Shown one piece after another: positions 27,892 through 41,600 of a stretch of 64,000 bases of DNA. This stretch comes from Somniosus microcephalus (lineage: Eukaryota): assembly GCA_052327205.1 (NCBI GenBank), contig CM126218.1, forward strand, positions 38,440,001 to 38,504,000. Direction: 5' to 3'. The position numbers and the translations under genes were made by a program. The notes below the pieces were generated by a model, which did no database searches, was not told the DNA's origin, and worked only from the letters and a program-made list of their open reading frames with translations. Numbering within the stretch: the stretch's first letter is position 1; every line of letters starts with the position of its first letter.

Positions 27892-28148
27892 TGAAAGAAA
27901 GAATTGCATTTATATAGCGCCTTTCAAATCTCAGGACATCCCAAAGCGCTTTACAGCCAATGAAGTACTTTTGAAGTGCAGTCACTTATAATGTGGGAAA
28001 CGTGGCAGCCAATTTGCGCACAGCAAGCTCCTACAAACAGCAATGTGATAATGACCAGATAAGATGTTTTTTTAGGGATGTTAATTGAGGAATAAATATT
28101 GGCTAGGACACGGTAGATAACTCCCCTGTTCTTCTTTGAAATAGTGCT
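27892..28148 (-). mobile_element. DeuSINE 3' half
   Basis: Reverse complement of the same tail (gcatttatatagcgccttt) and core. Confidence 0.75.
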
Positions 28149-28205
28149 GGAGTGTTTGATATCAGGAGAGTCTAATGCTCTTTGATGGTAATTTCTGGGG
28201 AAGCA

Positions 28206-28284
28206 CAGACAGCATATCTCAACTTACCCGTGGAAGGCCACGAACTGCCTGCTGGATTCGTGGTCTATGTGAAGAGTTAAGGAT
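28206..28284 (-). pseudogene. Partial duplicate of the SAM1 second exon (3' 57 nt, donor and intron start)
   Basis: 79 bp matching 26232-26310 with 4 substitutions by direct comparison. Retains CGG|gtaagt and lacks the acceptor half. Confidence 0.93.
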
Positions 28285-28329
28285 TTTCATGTTGATGCAT
28301 TGGCCCCTCCAATGCATCAACATGAAAAT
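28283..28329. repeat. Perfect inverted repeat, 21-bp arms, 5-nt loop
   Basis: ATTTTCATGTTGATGCATTGG-cccct-CCAATGCATCAACATGAAAAT. Confidence 0.95.
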
Positions 28330-28332
28330 AAG

Positions 28333-28780
28333 AGTTAGCTTGGCTCAGTGGTAGTTCTCTTGCCTCTGAGTGAGGCCTGTATGTGCCATCCCTACTCTAG
28401 AAACTCCAGCATTTAAATTAGGTAGATATTTTAGTGCAGTACTGGGTGAGTGCTGCATTGTCAGAGGTGCCGTTTTTCCAATGAGATGTTATATTGAGAC
28501 CGTATGTGCTTGTTCAGGTGAATATAAAGGATCCTGTGGCACTATCTGAAGAAGAGTAGGGGAGTTCTCCTGGTTCATGGCCAACATTTATCCCTCAACC
28601 AACACCATCAAAAAACAGGTTGACTGGCCATTTACCTCACTGCAGTTTGTGGGATCTTCGTGTGTGCAAATTGATTGCTGTATTTCCCTACAAAACAGTA
28701 GTGAGTAGCTGTTAAAATAATGAATTAGTCACAAAGCGCATTGGTAAAAGGTGCTATATAAATGCAATTTATTTCTTGCT
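28333..28780 (+). mobile_element. Full-length tRNA-headed DeuSINE (SacSINE1-like)
   Basis: A-box-like tggctcagtggtag, Deu-like core ggcactat.tgaagaagag.aggggagttctcc, tail gctatataaatgca. Confidence 0.75.
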
Positions 28781-28781
28781 A

Positions 28782-28950
28782 TTCAAGGAGGAGTTGGATA
28801 TATTTGTTAAGGCTAAAGGGATCAAGGGATATGGGGAGAAAGCAGGGACCGGGTACTGAATTTGGATGATCAACCATGATCGCATTGAATGGCGGAGCAG
28901 GCTCGAGGGGTCGAGTGGCCTACTCCTGCTCCTATCTTCTATGTTTCTAT
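28782..28950 (+). mobile_element. CR1 3' end, same subfamily as 25500-25665
   Basis: Near-identical to 25500-25665. Confidence 0.88.
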
Positions 28951-30269
28951 GGCCATACCGCTATTATTGCCATATTGGAAAGTATATATCGGCATAGCAT
29001 GAGATAGCATTGCCAGTTGCTGTGGCTTTCACTGTTCTTCTACTTCTGTGCATGATTGCTTTATATTTTGATCTCTTGTTGAATTATTAGCTACAATAAG
29101 TCAGATATCTTGTGTTAAACCTCTCACACATTATTGAAATCTTTGGAGCGATGTAGCACTGAAAGCCAGATTATTATTTGTTGTGCCTCAAAATATTTCA
29201 ACCTGTGTATAATTTGTTTTGGAAAGTGCTTTGTTCTGCCTAATATCTTTGCTAATAGTTATCTTTTAACACAGTCAGCCACTAAATAATCACTAGTTAG
29301 ATTTTTTCAAATCTGGACATGATTGAATAAACCTATTATACAAAGGATCTGATGGAACAATATTTTTTCAAGAAAATATTGAGATATAATAGATGAAATC
29401 AGAGCTCACATGGTACAGTCGCACTCAACCAAAAAACAATAGAGTGATTAGAACTACACAGGTTGGATATAATTAGAACAGACAACTGATGGGCAGCTGT
29501 TCAATAGATACTTAGAATATTGATTTTAGTAGTCAGTCTTAGTTCCAAGAAACTAGAACTCATGACTTTAGACATGCCAAGCATACTGTAGATAAACAGG
29601 CCTAGTTGGCATTAAGAACATTAATTGACAAGATATATTTAAATAAATTGGACTTTAAATATTTTCATGATTCCTGCAATGGTATACCTCCTTCTTTTGC
29701 TTTGAAGCCAAATAGATATAAAGGAATATTAAAACAGCATTCTTCACCATTGATTACAGCTGTCATTCACAGTGAGTTCAAAAGCATCAGGCTAGTTTTC
29801 CAGAAAGTGGTTTCCATCCAATTTCACCACCCTTTCAGGACCAGGTCACATTGTAAGAGCCTTGTTTGCAGAACCCCAATGAGAAAAACCACACAACTGA
29901 ATTCCCCCTCTCGACTCAGCCAGATACACAATAATTAAGTGCCTCTGTCACTTAAAAGGACTTAGCAATTAATGCTGGTTAAGTAGTTGAACTATATAGA
30001 GGCCTTTCTCCACCCTCATCTTGAACTGACAAACTGTTTGGTCAAGCTTATTTTATGTATTCTTCCAGCCAGCAGTAAACAAATTAAGTGATCCCAGCCA
30101 CAAGCTCCCATAAATAAATATTAATATAAAAGGTTTTTTTTTTAGGAAATGAGACATCATATGTAGGTTACATTAAAAAAATATAAAAGATAATCAAAAT
30201 TTAAGCACATTAAGAAAACTGAAAAATAGCAAGTTTGTCTTTTAAAAAAAAAAGGGGTTAGACAAAATG

Positions 30270-32320
30270 TCAAATTACAGACAAGCAAGCATTATCCTGA
30301 TTGTGGCAAAATTACTTGAAACTATGATGAAGGATAGTAGAAAGCATCACCTTGTGGGATGGAGCTAATTAGACACAGCCAGCACAGATTTAAAAGAAGC
30401 AGGTCTTGCTTAGCCAACCAATTGAATATCGTTGAGAGATTATGTACCTAGTGGACAGCGGTGAGTCAATGGATGTTGTATATCTGGATTTCAGAAAGAC
30501 ATTCGACACTGTCCCACATATTGGACTACTGCATAATGTTCAGGTCCACGTGATTGATGGCAGAGAAATGGTAGATACAACTTAATATGGAGAAGTGTAA
30601 AATCATAGAAATTTACAGTGCAGAAGGCGGTCATTCGGCCCATCGTGTCTGTGCCGGCTGAAAAAGAGCTATCCAGCCTGATCCCACTTTCCAGCTCTTG
30701 GTCCGTAGCCTTGCAGGTTACGGTACTTCAAGTACATATCCAAGTACTTTTTAAATGTGATGAGGGTTTCTGCCTCTACCACCCTTTCAGGCAGTGAGCT
30801 CCAGACCCTCTGGATGAAAAAGTTCTCCTCAACTCCCCTCTAATCCTTCTATCAATTACTTTAAATCTATGCCCACTGGTTATTGACTCTCTGCGAAGGG
30901 AAATAGGTCCTTCCTATCCATTCTATCGTGACCCCCCATAATTTTATACACCTCAATTAAATCTCCCCTGAGCATCCTCTGTTCCAAAGAAAACAACCCC
31001 AAGCCTATCCAATCTTTCCTCATAGCTAAAATTTTCCAGTCCTGGCAACATCCTTGTAAATCTCCTCTGTACTCTCTCTAGTGCAATCACAGCTTTTCTA
31101 TAATGTGCTGACCAAAACTGTACACAGCACTCCAGCTGTGGTCTAACTAGTGTTTTATACAGTTCTCACATAACCTCCCTGCTCTTATGTTGTATACCTC
31201 AGCTAATAAAGGGAAGTATCCTGTCCTTATTTACCTGTCCTGCTACCTTCAGAGATCTGTGGACATGCACTCCAAGGTTCCTGTGTTCCTCTACACTTCT
31301 CAGTATCCTACCATTTATTGTGTATTCCCTTGTCTTGTTTTCCCTCCCCAAATGCATTACCTCACATTTCTCCGGGCTGAATTCCATTTGGCACCTTTCT
31401 GCCCCTTGACCAGTCCATTGATATCTTCCTGCAGTCTACAGTTTTCTTCCTCACTATCAACCAAATGGCCAATTTTTGTATCATCTGCAAACTTCTTAAT
31501 CACGCCCCCTACATTGAAGTCTAAGTCATTGATATATACCACAAAAAGCAAGGGACCTAGTACTGAGCCCTGTGGAACCCCACTGGAAACAGCCTTCCAG
31601 TCACAAAAACATCCGTTGACCATTACACTTTGCTTCCTGCCACTGAGCCAATTTTGGATCCAACTTGCCACTTTCCCTTGGATCCCATGGGCTTTTACTT
31701 TTCTAACCAACTTACCATATGGCTAAAATTATGAGGTGCAACAGAAGAAAGGATAGTGTGGATTATGTTCTAAATGTAAACGTGCTTGTGGTACTGCAGC
31801 AGGATAAAGATTTTGGTGTGTTAGTGGACAGGTCTCTAAAACCATTGCTTTTCTAACTGCATATGAGCAAATGGAACGTTGGGATGTATAACGTGGGGTC
31901 TAACTTGTAAATCAAGAGAGGTCATTCTAAAATTACATTTGGCCTCAGTGTGACCACATCTGGAGTACGACATGTAATTTTGGACTGCCTATTTTAAGAA
32001 GGGTATTAAGTTATTGTAGGCAGTGAGAAAGAGGCATACTAAATAAATTCTAGACCTGATGGGAAAGAGCTATCAGAAGAGGTTAGCTACCCTGAGATTT
32101 TTCTCTCTACAAGACTGAGGGGCGATTTGATGAGTGCAATTATGATTATGAAGGGCGTGGAGAATGTGGAATCAGATCAATTTTTCTGCGCTGTAGCTAA
32201 CATTCAAGAATTAGACATCATAGTTTTGAAATAAAGATGGCAAAAGTAAATGGTAAATGCAAGATTTTTGTTCAGTTAAAGGGTGATAAAGATATGGAAT
32301 TAGACTGCCAGCAAGGTGGA
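30270..32320 (+). mobile_element. Old CR1 fragment interrupted by a younger antisense CR1
   Basis: Degenerate RT sequence at 30270-30600 and 31730-32320. Confidence 0.7.
30604..31723 (-). mobile_element. CR1 LINE, 5'-truncated
   Basis: GVPQGSVLGPLLF...KFADDTK. Flanked by TAAAAT on both sides (probable TSD). Confidence 0.9.
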
Positions 32321-32984
32321 CTACACAAGGTCCTCTCACCAAATATGACTCAAGCTTCTAAGATTTAGATTTACCACAGGGACATTTTGTGGGAATTAAA
32401 TAAGTAAGCCAGATGCACTAATAGTTAATTAGTGTGAAAATTGTTACATTGAATTACTAAGACTGAAATGCAGATCTTTTAGAGACACGTCCAGGGTTCC
32501 AGGGAGTTCAAATGTGAAACGAATCAAAAGTCTGATAACAGGAAGTTACTCATCCAGTTTGTTGAGAAACCAATCAAATATCCTTAATGCTCATGCTGTG
32601 CAGTAAACACAAACTCTAAATAGTTAGCTCACCAAATGCTGTGATAAGCACTTTAATTGAGTTGACAGTTTCTTCTACAAGGGGACTATATTACAGATGC
32701 ATGGTTGAACATACAGATAATTCCCTGCAAGCTTAACTTTTTTTTGTCAAGGATCTAAAAGGCTGGTGAGGAAATAATCATTCTAAGTCAAATGAACATC
32801 AATTAAGAGTTTTAAAGTTTATAATGTCACATTTTCTGGCTCGAAAACATTTAAAAGTACAAATGGATAATTTCCAGCCCAATCATTCCTGAAAATAAAA
32901 ATGTCAGAACCGGTCAAAGTTTTAAAATGATATTTCTTACCACACTATGAATTGTTTGCATTGCAATTCAAAGAAGGTTTTCCT

Positions 32985-35900
32985 CATTACTCACTAAGGA
33001 CGCAGGAGGAAGGGAACAGGAGTAACATTATTACTCACTCAGGATGGGGGAAGGGGAAGGGAATAACCTCTTTACACACCAAGGACAGGGAAAGGGAGAG
33101 GGAATAACCTCTTTACTGACTCAGGATGGGGAAAGGGAGCGGGAATAACCCCTTTACTCACTCAGGATGGGGAAAGGAGAGGGAATAACCTCTTTACTCA
33201 CTCAGGACAGGTAAAGGGAGAGGGACCAACCTCTTTACTGGCTCAGGGCGGGGAAAGGGAGCGGGAATAACCTCTTTACTCACTCAGGATGGGGAAAGGG
33301 AGAGGGAATAACCTCTTTACTGACTCAGGACGGGGAAAGGGAGCGGGAATAACCTCTTTACTGACTCAGGACGGGGAAAGGGAGAGGGAATAACCTCTTT
33401 ACTCACTCAGGATGGGGAAAGGGAGAGGGAATAACCTCTTTACTCACCAAGGACAGGGAAAGGGAGAGGGAATAACCTCTTTACTCACTCAGGATGGGGA
33501 AAGGGAGAGGGAATAACCTCTTTACTGACTCAGGATGGGGAAAGGGAGAGGGAATAACCTCTTTACTGACTCAGGACGGGGAAAGGAGAGGGAATAACCC
33601 ATTTACTCACTCAGGATGGGGAAAGGGAGAGGGAATAACCTCTTTACTCACTCAGGGCGGGGAGAGGGAGAGGGAGTAACCTCTTTACTGACTCAGGGCG
33701 GGGAGAGGGAGCGGGAATAACCTCTTTACTCACTCAGGGCGGGGAGAGGGAGAGGGAATAACCTCTTTACTGACTCAGGGCGGGGAAAGGAGAGGGAATA
33801 ACCCCTTTACTCACTCAGGACAGGGAAAGGGAGAGGGAATAACCTCTTTACTCACTCAGGACGGGGAAAGGGAGCGGGAATAACCCCTTTACTCACTCAG
33901 GACGGGGAAAGGAGAGGGAATAACCTCTTTACTCACCAAGGACAGGGAAAGGGAGAGGGAATAACCTCTTTACTGACTCAGGACGGGGAAAGGGAGCGGC
34001 AATAACCTCTTTACTCACTCAGGATGGGGAAAGGGAGAGGGAATAACCCCTTTACTCACTCAGGATGGGGAAAGGAGAGGGAATAACCTCTTTACTCACC
34101 AAGGACAGGGAAAGGGAGAGGGAATATTACTCAATCAGGACGGGGAAAGGGAGAGGGAATAACCTCTTTACTCACTCAGGACGGGGAAAGGGAGAGGGAA
34201 TAACCCCTTTACTCACTCAGGACGGGGAAAGGGAAAGGGAATAACCTCTTTACTCACTCAGGACGGGGAAAGGGAGAGGGAATAACCTCTTTACTCACTC
34301 AGGACGGGGAAAGGGAGAGGGAATAACCCCTTTACTCACTCAGGACGGGGAAAGGGAAAGGGAATAACCTCTTTACTCACTCAGGACGGGGAAAGGGAGA
34401 GGGAATAACCTCTTTACTCACTCAGGATGGGGAAAGGGAGAGGGAATAACCTCTTTACTCACTCAGGATGGGGAAAGGGAGAGGGAATAACCTCTTTACT
34501 CACTCAGGACGGGGAAAGGAGAGGGAATAACCTCTTTACTCACTCAGGACGGGGAAAGGGAGAGGGAATAACCTCTTTACTCACTCAGGACGGGGAAAGG
34601 GAGCGGGAATAACCCCTTTACTCACTCAGGACGGGGAAAGGGAGAGGGACTAACCCCTTTACTCACTCAGGATGGGGAAAGGAGAGGGAATAACCTCTTT
34701 ACTCACTCAGGATGGGGAAAGGGAGAGGGAATAACCTCTTTACTCACTCAGGGTGGGGAAAGGAGAGGGAATAACCTCTTTACTCACTCAGGACGGGGAA
34801 AGGGAGAGGGAATAACCTCTTTACTCACTCAGGGTGGGGAAAGGGAGAGGGAATAACCTCTTTACTCACTCAGGACGGGGAAAGGGAGAGGGACTAACCC
34901 CTTTACTCACTCAGGATGGGGAAAGGAGAGGGAATAACCTCTTTACTCACTCAGGATGGGGAAAGGAGAGGGAATAACCTCTTTACTCACCAAGGACAGG
35001 GAAAGGGAGAGGGAATAACCTCTTTACTGACTCAGGACGGGGAAAGGAGAGGGAATAACCTCTTTACTGACTCAGGACGGGGAAAGGGAGAGGGAATAAC
35101 CTCTTTACTCACTCAGGACGGGGAAAGGGAGAGGGAATAACCTCTTTACTCACTCAGGGTGGGGAAAGGGAGAGGGAATAACCTCTTTACTCACTCAGGA
35201 CGGGGAAAGGAGAGGGAATAACCTCTTTACTCACTCAGGGTGGGGAAAGGGAGAGGGAATAACCTCTTTGCTCACCAAGGACAGGGAAAGGGAGAGGGAA
35301 TAACCTCTTTACTCACTCAGGATGGGGAAAGGGAGAGGGAATAACCTCTTTACTCACTCAGGACAGGGAAAGGGAGAGGGAATAGCCCCTTTACTCACTC
35401 AGGACGGGGAAAGGGAGCGGGAATAACCCCTTTACTCACTCAGGACGGGGAAAGGGAGAGGGAATAACCTCTTTACTCACTCAGGATGGGGAAAGGGAGA
35501 GGGAATAACCCCTTTACTCACTCAGGACGGGGAAAGGGAGCGGGAATAACCCCTTTACTCACTCAGGATGGGGAAAGGGAGAGGGACTAACCCCTTTACT
35601 CACTCAGGATGGGGAAAGGAGAGGGAATAACCTCTTTACTCACCAAGGAAAGGGAGAGGGAATATTACTCAATCAGGACGGGGAAAGGGAGAGGGAATAA
35701 CCTCTTTACTCACTCAGGACGGGGAAAGGGAGAGGGAATAACCCCTTTACTCACTCAGGACGGGGAAAGGGAATAACCTCTTTACTCACTCAGGACAGGG
35801 AAAGGGAGAGGGAATAACCTCTTTACTCACTCAGGACGGGGAAAGGGAGAGGGAATAACCTCTTTACTCACCCAGGGTGGGGAAAGGAGAGGGAATAACC

Positions 35901-36430
35901 ACTTTACCGACTCAGGACGGGGAAAGGGAGAGGGAATAACCTCTTTACTCACTCAGGATGGGGAAAGGGAGAGGGAATAACCTCTTTACTCACTCAGGAT
36001 GGGGAAAGGGAGAGGGAATAACCTCTTTACTCACTCAGGACGGGGAAAGGAGAGGGAATAACCTCTTTACTCACTCAGGATGGGGAAAGGGAGAGGGAAT
36101 AACCTCTTTACTCACTCAGGACGGGGAGAGGGAGAGGGAATAACCTCTTTACTCACTCAGGACGGGGAAAGGGAGAGGGAATAACCTCTTTACTCACTCA
36201 GGATGGGGAAAGGGAGAGGGAATAACCTCTTTACTCACTCAGGACGGGGAGAGGGAGAGGGAATAACCTCTTTACTCACTCAGGACGGGGAGAGGGAGAG
36301 GGAATAACCTCTTTACTCACTCAGGACGGGGAGAGGGAGAGGGAATAACCTCTTTACTCACTCAGGACAGGTGAAGGGAGAGGGAATAACCTCATTACTC
36401 ACCAAGGACACAGAAGGAAGGGAGAGGGAT
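32985..36430. repeat. Minisatellite, 41-bp unit, roughly 83 copies
   Basis: Consensus GGGGAAAGGGAGAGGGAATAACCTCTTTACTCACTCAGGAC with 40-bp variants. No unique spacers. Confidence 0.98.
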
Positions 36431-37201
36431 TAATCTAAATTAGTGGACGAAGCAGCTCAGACAATGGTTAACATATCACTTAAATGCAGGCAACTGTGCC
36501 ACACCAACAGCAACAGCGAAACAATTTTCAACTGTGCCAGACTTCGTGGTAGTTCCAAACATAACACAAAATTGGGACCATTATCTTCTTCAAAGATTCC
36601 TCAGTTTACTTCTGAATTTCTGAATCTGGATACTGTTCTGACAACTACAGGGTGTCATTATTATTAGGACCATGAACAAGTTTCATTCTTCAAAGATTTG
36701 TGGAGCCCATTGACTTGGCATGTTCCATGTCTAATCTTTAATTCTTCAAGGTACATTCATAAGATGCTGATGTTACACTGTTTCACTCTTATCCTTCTGT
36801 TGTGTGGATGCCCACACACCAAATCATAAATCTTTTTTATGGGAGGGGGCTGAACAAAAATTTACTGTAATCAAGTGATTATGAGAGCCAAAAGCATGTA
36901 ATGGTCTTATCCCAAAGCAACAGTCTAAAGCATAATTATTGGCACTCTCTTTTACAGGATCACAAATTACTCAACAGATTTTCTATAATTTCCCCATGAT
37001 TAAAGAACACTTCCCCATGTTTGTAATCATGTCAAAATTACAAGTACCACTACAGTTAACAACGTCTTAAAAGATGAACAAATATAATTTTTGTATGCAT
37101 AATTTCTTGGAGCGCTCATCCTTGCATTGAAGTTTCTCTGTTTCTTCAAATGTGCTTCACTAATGAAAGATTTATATTCTACATGGTTTAAAAACAAGTT
37201 A

Positions 37202-37730
37202 CAGGAAACTCTTTGGTATCCGGCACTGACGTGTTGCCGGTTGATCAAAAATTCCGGATGACGGAGAGGGTTATCTACCGAGGCTATTTTTAACAAATAA
37301 AAAAAAAAAAATCAAGAAATGTGCAGTATACAGTAATTGGGTACTCACCTACAGAATGTTGTGTTAAATGGATGGTGGAAGATGCTTGATTAAGTACAGT
37401 ACTGCCAGTTGAGGGTAATGCAATGCACTGACTACCAGCAGCGTAGGCGACACATAGTACCCCTGTAAAATGGCGGATCAGAAGAGACTACCGGCAGCGC
37501 GGGAGAGTCAGACTCCTGTTACAGGGGTATTGAGGTGTTCCGACTTCCGACAGCGCCAAGAAGCCGAGTAGTGGCAGTTTGGAGAACTACCCCCACTGAC
37601 AAACTCGGCCACCGTGGGAGACTCGGACTCAGCAACATTGCCGGTTATTGAGGTGTTGTTTTCGGAGTGAGAATTTTGCTGGTTAATAGAGAATTCCGGA
37701 TATTTAGGTGCCGTTTAAACGAGTTTCCTA
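37202..37730. mobile_element. Tc1/mariner (pogo/Tigger-like) MITE
   Basis: TA|CAGGAAACTC...GAGTTTCCTA|TA with TATCCGG subterminal motifs, TA TSD. Confidence 0.7.
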
Positions 37731-38640
37731 TACCTTCATTTTTTACAAATATCAATTTTGGGATATGGGTGTCACTGGCAAGGTCAGCATTTGTTGCCCA
37801 TCTGTAGTTTCTCTTGAGAAGGTGGTAATAAGCCTTATACTGAACCGTTGCAGTCTGTGTGGTGAAGGTACTCCCACAGTTCCAGGGTTTTGACCCAGTG
37901 ACGACGATGTATTGGCGAAATATGTTCAAGTTGTGATGGTGTGTGACTTGGAGGTGAACTTGAAAGTGATAGTGTTCCCATGCGCTTGCTGCCCTTGTCC
38001 TTCCAGGTGTTGGAGGACACGGGCTTGGGAGGTGTTGTCGAAGAAGCCTTGGTGAGTTGCTGCAGTGCATCCTATAGATAGTACACACTGCAGCTATGGT
38101 GCGCCAGTGGTGGAGTGAGTGGATGTTTAAGGTGGTGGATGGGCTGCCGATCAATGCTTTGTCCTGGATGGTGTCAAGCTTCCTGAGTGTTGTTGCAGCT
38201 ACACTCATCCACGCAAGTGGAGAGTATTCCATCACAATCCTGACTTGTGCCTTGTAGGTGGTGGAGAGGCTTTGGGGTGTCAGGAGGTGAGACACTCGCT
38301 GCAGAATATCCAGCCTCTGACCTGCTCTAGTACCTATGGCATTTAGGTGGCTGATCAGTTGAGGTTGTGCTCAATGGCAACCTCAGGATATTGACAGTGG
38401 AGATTTCAGCTATGATAATGCTGTTGAATGACACTGGAGATAGTTGGACTCTCTCTTGTTGGAGATAGACATTGCCTGGCACATGGGTAGCACAACTGCT
38501 ACTTGCCACTTATCAGCCCAAGCCTGGATGTTGTCCAGGTCTTGCTGCATGCAAGCATGGACTGCTTCATTATCTGAGGAATTGCAAATGGAATGGAACA
38601 CTGTGCAATCATCAATGAACAGCCCCACTTCTGACCTAAT

Positions 38641-41600
38641 TGTAGTGTATGTATTTTGCAGAAGGAACTATATTCTGCAGCCCCTGTATACTGCAGTACC
38701 AGTAGTGACCACCCCTGTATATAAGCCTGTGTAGTAACTTTGCATAGTAGTTCCAGTTTTGTCTCCACTCAGTAAACACCTGTTGTAACCAACTCCTGCA
38801 GTCTGTGTCTCAATTACACACGGACATAATACTGGCGACGAGCAGATCCGAACTTACCTACAGTTCTGCACCACCTCATGGGGATCCATCCCTGAAGCGA
38901 AGTTGTTAGAGGTCGAGGCCAGAAGGAAGAAAGAAAAAAAAAAACAAAAACAGAAGAAACGGGCGTCAACCGTGGGCAGCCGCCTCTGATTCATCGGAGT
39001 TGAAGATTTGCAGGAGAGGCTGTCGAGAGCGGGGCTTGGTTATCCTGTCTATGGTGTTCCAGCTAATCGGGCTGGTGGCAGGTAGTACACTGATCCTTCC
39101 TGGGCTGCGGTGGGCTAGAGCTCGATCGGGTGGCTTTTCAACGGGGCCGAGCAGCGTTGTCGGGAAGAGGAGAGAGAGAGAGAGGGTGGAGCACACAGGG
39201 CGCGGCCGGTGCTACGAAGCCGGGCAGCGTACAGACCCGAGAAGAGGGAGGAAAGTGTCCCGTAGGGTTTGCTCTGACGACGGGAAAATAAAAGAAATTA
39301 GAAGCGCAGAAAGCCGCGAGGAGCTGCAGTTTGCCACGGGGATCGCGGAGAGCGGCGTTAGCAGCAGCACGGGGGGGAAGTGTGCGAAGACCATAGGGCA
39401 TCGCCATCAAGGCATAAAAACGCCAGCAACAGCGCTAGCAGCAGCGGAGAAGACAGAAAGCGCGGGAGGCACCATCTTAGATTTCCAAGATGACGAAGAC
39501 TGGCAATATCACTGCCTTCGATAATGCAATAGAAGACTGGACCACGTATGTGGAAAGAGTCGAAGTATATTGCAAGGCAAACGAAGTAGCCGGAGAAAAA
39601 GGCATCGGTACTACTAAACTTAATGGGTGCAAGAACGTACGGCCCATTGCGGAACCTGATCACTCCAGCCAAACCGATGGCGAAGAGTTTTAACGAAATT
39701 GTTGATATCCTACAGGAACACCTAAATCCTACACCGCTGCTGATAGCAGAAAGATTTAAATTCCACAAGAGAAATCAGCATAAAGATGAGAGCAATGCTG
39801 ATTACCTTACGGAACTACGCAAGCTATCAAAGCACTGCCAGTTCGGAGCAGGACTGGCAGATACCCTACGGGACAAATTTGTCTGTGGACTCCTGAGTGA
39901 AGGAACCCAGAAGAGGTTACTCTCAGAGAAAGAGCTGACGCTAGATAAGGCTTTCAGCGTGGCAGTATCGTACGAAGCAGCAGCAAGGGGAGCTGCGGAA
40001 ATACAGCAAAAGCCACAGGAATACGGCACCCATGAAATGACATGGGGATTTGAAAAATGTTATCGCTGCGGCAGAACAACCCATGACCAGAAGGACTGCT
40101 GGTCCAAGGACAAAATATGCAGGCAATGTGGAAAGATGGGACACATTGCACGAGTTTGCAGGTCTGGGAAGAAGACTAACGACAACAAAAAGGCTACTAA
40201 GGAACAGTACAGGAAAGTACAAAAGATGACGGACAGTAGTTCCGAAGACCAGAAGAGCGATAGTGAATCCGGGAACAAGAGACTAAGCTGTCTCAAACTT
40301 CACAACGTAATCGCAAAAGAGGATCACCGAACCATTTGGGTCACCCTCACGATAGCAGGGTCCCAAGTCAAAATGGAATTGGATACAGGATCAGCCCTGA
40401 CCGTCATGAATCGACGAGACTACGAGCGGCTATTCTCACACATACCCTTGAAAGAGACATCCATTGTCTTGAAGACGTATACGGGGCAGAAAGTATACCC
40501 CAGAGGGAAAAAAGGGTGCCTGTCGAATACAACGGCAAGGAAATACAGAAATTGTATCTGTACATACTGCAAGATGGTGGACCACCGTTATTGGGACGTG
40601 AATGGATCAGAAAGATAAGTTTAGACTGGCACTCCATTCAGGCACTGACTGTGGCTGGTAAAAAGGATGACGACGTCACACCTGGACGATTGTCAAAAAT
40701 CTTAGCTAACGCCAGAGGTATTTCAACAAGAACTGGGAACTCTTAAAGGCATAACCGCCTCGATAAAAATAGAAGAGAATGCAATTCCCAAGTTTTTCAA
40801 AGCTAGACCGGTACCGTATGCAATTCGCCCAGCCGTCGAGGCAGAGCTGGAGAATCTGGAGAATGCAGGCGTGTTATCTAAGGTAGACTGGAGCGAGTGG
40901 GCGACACCCATCGTTCCTGTCATGAAGAAAACGTTAAACAATAAGTCTGAGGAGCCAAGGAAGGTTCACATCTGTGGGGACTTCAAGGTGACGGTGAACC
41001 CAGTCCTTCACACAGTACAGTATCCTCTCCCGAGGATAGAAGATATCTTCGCCTCACTATCTGGAGGGAAGCGTTTTACAAAAATTGACCTAGCACAAGC
41101 ATATTTGCAGATGGAGGTTGAAGAATCCTCTAGGAAGTATCTCACGATAAACACTCACAAAGGTCTTTACCAGTATAATCGACTGGTCTTCGGAGTAGCA
41201 TCAGCTCCGGCGATATGGCAAAGAGCGATGGAACAAGTCCTGCAAGGGATTCCGGGGACTCAGTGTTACTTGGACGACATCCTAGTGACAGGTGAAGATG
41301 ACAGTGAACACCTTGCCAACCTAGAGCAGGTGCTCACTAGACTAAGAGAACATGGGCTACGAGCCAATCGCCCCAAGTGCGAGTTTTTTAAGAAACAGAT
41401 ATCGTATTGTGGCCACGTGATTGATGAAGAGGGGTTACATAAGTCCCCTGACAAAATTGAAGCGGTAGTTAAGGCTCCAGCGCCTGAAAATGTGTCGCAA
41501 CTGAGGTCATTCCTTGGATTGGTGAATTACTACCATAAGTTTTTGCCGAATTTGTCCACAATTCTGCACCCACTGAACGCCCTGCTACAAACTGGAGTAG

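Noticed and set aside
28206-28284. Mutually exclusive alternative SAM1 exon
   Set aside because: Only the 3' part was copied, there is no convincing acceptor, and it carries disruptive substitutions.
28333-28420. tRNA gene
   Set aside because: It is the degenerate tRNA-derived head of a SINE, with no complete cloverleaf.
32985-36430. CRISPR-like array or repeat-protein ORFs
   Set aside because: Units are head-to-tail with no unique spacers, no cas genes, and a vertebrate context. The short ORFs are translation artefacts of the repeat.
37027-37296. 89-aa ORF as a host exon
   Set aside because: It overlaps the terminus of a Tc1/pogo MITE and has no recognisable similarity or matching splice phases.
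39000-39524. Extra 174-aa ORF upstream of gag
   Set aside because: Non-ATG start in the purine-rich 5' leader, low complexity and no motif.
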